A stretch of 64,000 nt of DNA from an uncultured Acidobacteriota bacterium (lineage in GTDB: Bacteria > Acidobacteriota > Terriglobia > UBA7540): contig CAWDSK010000006.1 of assembly GCA_963804995.1 (NCBI GenBank), positions 2,048,001 to 2,112,000 of the forward strand, written 5' to 3'. The translations under genes and the position numbers were made by a program. The notes under the pieces were generated by a model. The model did not search any database, was not told the DNA's origin, and saw nothing but the letters and a program-made list of their open reading frames with translations. Numbering within the stretch: the first letter of the stretch is position 1; every line of letters starts with the position of its first letter. This document shows, piece by piece, positions 59,738 through 64,000 of this stretch.

Positions 59738-60019
59738 CCGGGAGTCTTGGCCCCCAGCCAGCTTGACAGGCCCCCCCTGCGGAGGGGGGGGCGGCATGTC
59801 CGACAATTTTTGTCACTTACTATTCCACTCTGTGTCTACCTGTGCTAGGGTATGGCGGGCAGAAAAACGGAACTTCTCTATTTTCATCCAGTCAGGGGTA
59901 ACGCCGAGGACGTAAGTTGGTATCTGACGTGCATTTGAGGGTTTCAGCCCGGGTTCGCTGCAATTGGCATGTAAGCGGATTCGTGTGGTGTGCTTGTCCT
60001 TGGGGGAGGAGAACAGGCA

Positions 60020-60508
60020 ATGCATCGTAACCAAAAGGGGTTCTCGCTAGTCGAGTTGCTGATTGTCGTGACGATTATTTTGATCATCGCTGCGATAGCT
60101 ATCCCAAACTTTATACGCAGCCGGATCGCCGCGAACCAAGCCTCGGCCATCGAGAGCCTGCGGACCATTACCACCGCCGAGGTAACTTATTCCTCGACTT
60201 ATGGCCAGGGGTTTACCCTCACCCTCACGGTACTGGCTCCTCCTCCCAACGGTCAGAGCGCGACCTCAACCGCCGCGGGTTTGCTGGATGATGTGCTCGC
60301 GGCTGGATACAAGAGTGGTTACAGCTTCTTTTATACGCCCACCGACTTCAATGTGAGCACCAACCAGTATTACGGGTACACCGTTCAGGCCAATCCTTCG
60401 ACATACGGCCAGACAGGCGGTATGTATTACTATTGCGACCAGACCGGCGTGATTCGTGGAAACCCGACGACTCAGGCCGCCTCAACCGACACGGCAGTGG
60501 CGAACTAG
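60020..60508 (+). CDS. Type IV pilin-like protein
   Basis: Prepilin site 'QKG|FSLVELLIVVTIILIIAAIAIP'; 'KSGYSF' and 'DQTGVIR'. Confidence 0.92.
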   Translation: MHRNQKGFSLVELLIVVTIILIIAAIAIPNFIRSRIAANQASAIESLRTITTAEVTYSSTYGQGFTLTLTVLAPPPNGQSATSTAAGLLDDVLAAGYKSGYSFFYTPTDFNVSTNQYYGYTVQANPSTYGQTGGMYYYCDQTGVIRGNPTTQAASTDTAVAN

Positions 60509-60586
60509 GTCGCTGCAACCTCATCCCAGGGCCAATTCTTTCCTCCTTATTCAAACCTCAATCCTCGATGGGTACAAATTGAACTG

Positions 60587-60752
60587 ATAGCCCTCTCCGA
60601 GGGGTCGCAGATTCGCCGTGGCGGAAGAGGGTGGACCGCTGTCCCGATGCATTCTATCGGGAGGCGGGACGGGCCTACGCCCACCGAAGGGGCATCTGGG
60701 AGCAGTAAACCACATTTCAGCTTCGACCCGCAGGCGGGTGAGGGGTTACTTC
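60587..60752 (-). repeat. CCCCTCACCC-family repeat carrying nested inserts
   Basis: Reverse complement of 18157-18235 with extra segments. Confidence 0.7.
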
Positions 60753-60779
60753 GTCACCTGACGAACGGACCCGCCCCCT

Positions 60780-61997
60780 TCATGGGCAGGCACGGTTTGC
60801 CGCAGCCCGGTAGCCTTTCCCCAGCGCTGCCTTTTGCGTCATGTACTCGCCCGCTTGCGTGTTCCCATACCATCTCGTGCCGGCGCAATGGTAAGTTCCA
60901 GAGTTCGTGTTCACCCAAACCTTGGCGTCCGGATTGCCGGGGGCGGTGGTTTTCTGCACCTCGGGCGGGGGCTTCTTGGCAGGAGTTTTGGGGGAGAGAA
61001 CCCCGTGCCACGCCAAGAGTGCGGCCAGCAGCACAACCAGTGCGGACACTCCCCCCGCGGCGGCGAGCCACACGCGGCGGCGCGGTTTGGTGGCTGTGGC
61101 CGGCTGACCAGCAACGGTAGATGCAGGCTCGGGTGCACCAGAGCTTGGCGACGGGGTGAGGGACCCTGCCAGGGGTGTGCCGGTTCGAAGCGCGGTCATC
61201 ACCTCGCGCACCTGGACGCAGCGCGCCACAGGATCCTTTTCCAGGCAACGCCGCAGAATGGATTGCAGCGGTTCCCCCACCTGCGCAAGCTGGGGCGGGG
61301 CGGCCACCATGATCTCCATGCTCAGCTCGAACGGTGTGGCGCCGCGAAAGGGCAACTCGCCGGTCACCATCTGGTAGAGCAGCACGCCCAGCGCCCACAC
61401 GTCGCTCTCGACGGTGGTGGGGTCGCCGCGCAGGACTTCCGGGGCGAGATAGGGCAGCGTTCCGGCTGTCGCGCCGGCCTCCGCCAGCGGCAGGCGCGAA
61501 CTGGTGACGTCCTTCATGCCGCGGCGCGGAATGCGGCGGCCCAGCCCGAAATCCAGTAGCTTGATATTGCCTTCAGAAGTAACGAGGATGTTTAAACCCT
61601 TTAGATCTCCGTGAATGACCCCGCGCTCGTGGGCGTAGGCCAGTGCGTCGGCAATTTGCGCACCGTAGCGCCGCACTTGCTCCACTGGCATTCCACCTTC
61701 AGGGATCAAGTCTGAGAGCGGCAGCCCGGCGATATACTCCATGGCGATGTAGGCACGCTCGTCCTCTTCTCCCAGGTCGTAGATGGCGGCGATGTGGGGA
61801 TGATTCAGATTGGAAGCCAGGCGCGCCTCACGGAGCAATCGAGCCCAGGCCAGCTCGTCGTTGCGCAGGTTGTCGGCCAGAACCTTGATCGCTACCGTCC
61901 GCTCCAACCGCAGGTCGCGCCCGCGATAGACCACGCCCGAACCGCCTTCGCCCAGGCGGTCTTCAACCTCGTAATGCGCCAGCGTCTTGCCGATCAT
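60780..61997 (-). CDS. Hanks-type Ser/Thr protein kinase with TM segment and small C-terminal domain
   Basis: 'GEGGSG', 'VAIK', 'HGDLKGLN', 'DFG', 'YLAPE'; start at 61997 or 62009. Confidence 0.93.
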   Translation of the reverse strand: MIGKTLAHYEVEDRLGEGGSGVVYRGRDLRLERTVAIKVLADNLRNDELAWARLLREARLASNLNHPHIAAIYDLGEEDERAYIAMEYIAGLPLSDLIPEGGMPVEQVRRYGAQIADALAYAHERGVIHGDLKGLNILVTSEGNIKLLDFGLGRRIPRRGMKDVTSSRLPLAEAGATAGTLPYLAPEVLRGDPTTVESDVWALGVLLYQMVTGELPFRGATPFELSMEIMVAAPPQLAQVGEPLQSILRRCLEKDPVARCVQVREVMTALRTGTPLAGSLTPSPSSGAPEPASTVAGQPATATKPRRRVWLAAAGGVSALVVLLAALLAWHGVLSPKTPAKKPPPEVQKTTAPGNPDAKVWVNTNSGTYHCAGTRWYGNTQAGEYMTQKAALGKGYRAAANRACP

Positions 61998-62098
61998 AGG
62001 GGAGGGCACTCCTCGACAGGCATGGTAGCCTCAGGAGGGGCGTTTGTCAAAAAGGTAATGGTCACATCGCCATCAGGCGCGACCTCGTATCGAAAACA

Positions 62099-62194
62099 AC
62101 TCCCCCGCTCGGGTGAGGTGGGGTGGCGCGCCGAGCCCCGATAGCGCGTTCTTTCCAAATTGATCATCGGGGCCGAGCGCCGGGGTGGTGCTGA
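62099..62194. repeat. ACCACCCC-family repeat with 39-bp micro-insert
   Basis: Reverse-complement match to 31717-31813; insert at 62135-62173. Confidence 0.8.
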
Positions 62195-62382
62195 CTGGGT
62201 ATAGGGTTGGTGTTGCCCTGGGGCGTTTCGGACCGAGCCTGTGAGGTGTATACTCGCACCTCCACCGTTCGCCCTGCTGGCCTGACTGGGGACGATACGG
62301 CATCTGATCCTCAACAGCAACGGCGTGCGACAGTATTGCAGCGGGTGTTCAAGCTCAAAACACTGGAAAGGACTATCATCCT

Positions 62383-63978
62383 ATGCACAGACGCGACCTA
62401 CTCAAATCCCTTGCTTCTGCGGCTGCGGGACTGACCATCCTCAAGAGCGGTATGCTGCGCGGCGCGACCGCTCCCAGCAACAAACTAAATATCGCTCTCA
62501 TCGGCGCATGGGGCCGGGGCACGGCCCACTATAAATCGCTGCGGAACGAAAATGTCGTGGCGCTCTGCGACGTCAACGATCTGCGCACCAAGGAGGCGCT
62601 CCGGCTCTTCCCGGGCGCCAAGACCTACTACGACTGGCGGCGGTGCCTGGAGCAGAAGGATATCGAGGCGGTGGTCATTTGCACCGCCGACCATCATCAT
62701 GCCTTCATCGCCAACTGGGCGCTCAACCGCAATATGCACGTATTCTGCGAGAAGCCGCTGGGAATCAGCGTGGAAGAAGTGCGGGTGGTGCGTGCGAATT
62801 ACCTCAAGCGCAAGGCCAAGGTGGCCACTCAGCACGGAACGCAGCGGCACGCCTGTCCGAACTTCCAGCGCGTGCGCGAGTTGATTCTGGATGGAGCTAT
62901 CGGAGAGCTGAAGGTGGTGCATAGCTGGGACAGCCGGCAACTGCCGCGGCCGGGATATCCGGAAGGCCAGGGCATGGCGCCGTCGGTGCTGCATTACGCG
63001 GAGTGGATCGGACCCTCACCGGATCATCCCTACACCCCTCAGTACTTCGGCGGCTCGAGCGGCTTGAATTGCCTGTTCTGGAACATGTACCGGGACTTCG
63101 GAGTGGGGCAGATGGGCGACATGGGCGCGCACACCATGGACCTGGTGTGGAACGTCGTTGACGCCGGCGCGCCGATCGCAATCGAGATCGACCCGGAGGT
63201 TAGCGACAAGTACAATCCCGACATATGCCCGGTGAAGTTGAAGGCGCACTTCACCCATCCGGCGAATGCGTGGAGAGGGCCGGTGGAACTGGTGTGGTAC
63301 CAGGGTGGGCTGAAACCGGAGTCTCCCAAGGGCTACATCGATGTGAGCAAGATCGGCAACGGCGCAATCTTCGAAGGCACCAAGGGTACCCTCTTGTGCG
63401 ACTTCACATCCCGCCTGATCATTCCAAACGATGACGACGGGGACCTGACGTACTACCGGCGGCGTTCGAGCCAGGAACTGCTTCCGCTGGTGAATGGCAC
63501 CGGGATGCCAACACAAAAGCCTGCGAAACGGGCGGCCGGAGCGGCCTCAGGACCACCGCCGCTGCCGCCGGGATTCACGGCGCGCCCGAATGCGCAGCCG
63601 GGGCCGAACGGGTTCCCCACGGTCCAGTTCCTCGAGAACGGCCTCCCCGCGGGGCTGGGAATGCCGAACACCGACGTGGATGCAATCCTGGAAGCGGAGA
63701 AGAACGGTCGCCCGCTCGATCCCGATCCCTTCCAGTTGGAGTGGATTGCAGCCTGCAAAGGTAAGTATGACGGGGCGGTCCACGGAACCAGTAGCAAGAC
63801 GCACTGTGATTTTGACTACGCCGGGGTGATGATTGAGCAAATGCTGCTGGGTTTGGTCGCGCATCGCGCCGGGAAGAAGCTGGAGTACGACCCAGTTACT
63901 GGGACGATAACCAACGCGCCGGAAGCGAATGATTATTTGAAGAGGCAGTACCGCAAAAACTGGTCGTTGGACGGTTAG
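62383..63978 (+). CDS. Tat-exported Gfo/Idh/MocA family oxidoreductase
   Basis: 'HRRDLLK' Tat motif; 'CEKP', 'GDMGAHTMD'; C-terminal 'NAPEANDYLKRQYR'. Confidence 0.9.
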   Translation: MHRRDLLKSLASAAAGLTILKSGMLRGATAPSNKLNIALIGAWGRGTAHYKSLRNENVVALCDVNDLRTKEALRLFPGAKTYYDWRRCLEQKDIEAVVICTADHHHAFIANWALNRNMHVFCEKPLGISVEEVRVVRANYLKRKAKVATQHGTQRHACPNFQRVRELILDGAIGELKVVHSWDSRQLPRPGYPEGQGMAPSVLHYAEWIGPSPDHPYTPQYFGGSSGLNCLFWNMYRDFGVGQMGDMGAHTMDLVWNVVDAGAPIAIEIDPEVSDKYNPDICPVKLKAHFTHPANAWRGPVELVWYQGGLKPESPKGYIDVSKIGNGAIFEGTKGTLLCDFTSRLIIPNDDDGDLTYYRRRSSQELLPLVNGTGMPTQKPAKRAAGAASGPPPLPPGFTARPNAQPGPNGFPTVQFLENGLPAGLGMPNTDVDAILEAEKNGRPLDPDPFQLEWIAACKGKYDGAVHGTSSKTHCDFDYAGVMIEQMLLGLVAHRAGKKLEYDPVTGTITNAPEANDYLKRQYRKNWSLDG

Positions 63979-64000
63979 CCAGGCCGGTCGCCACCGTGTC

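Noticed and set aside
59800..60019. Riboswitch or sigma54 promoter upstream of the pilin
   Set aside because: TTGGCAT is present but GG-N10-GC spacing fails; no riboswitch consensus recognised.

Overview
GC-rich bacterial chromosome segment. Gene and repeat content suggest Acidobacteriota (Terriglobia-like); this is an inference. Main contents: (1) a secreted protein, TonB-dependent receptor and sulfatase-like/TPR gene; (2) an IorAB-like molybdo-oxidoreductase; (3) a penicillin-acylase gene broken by three +1 frameshifts; (4) two near-identical 1913-bp group II introns (12445-14357 and 34701-36613, minus strand); (5) a bacterial microcompartment (BMC) locus resembling the PVM type (DeoR, PduL, 3 BMC-H, 3 BMC-P, aldehyde dehydrogenase, class II aldolase). 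It carries PduS/PduT-like genes, lacks acetate kinase and a reductive dehydrogenase, sits beside a GH39-like hydrolase and a fucose/arabinose-type isomerase, and is bracketed by toxin-antitoxin pairs; (6) ligA, pdhABC, a GH3 hydrolase, MFS, hicBA, PilZ, NYN, pilin, Ser/Thr kinase and Gfo/Idh/MocA genes. Intergenic DNA holds many REP-like palindromes, heptamer hairpins and tiny nested inserts. Strongest candidate for something new: both introns lie at the same position (GCG|CAGACC) inside REP-like hairpins of paired REP elements, an EBS1 match is visible, no IBS2 is shared, and empty sites of the same family occur nearby. This looks like a non-IIC group II intron that homes into REP hairpins. 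No tRNA, rRNA or CRISPR array was recognised.
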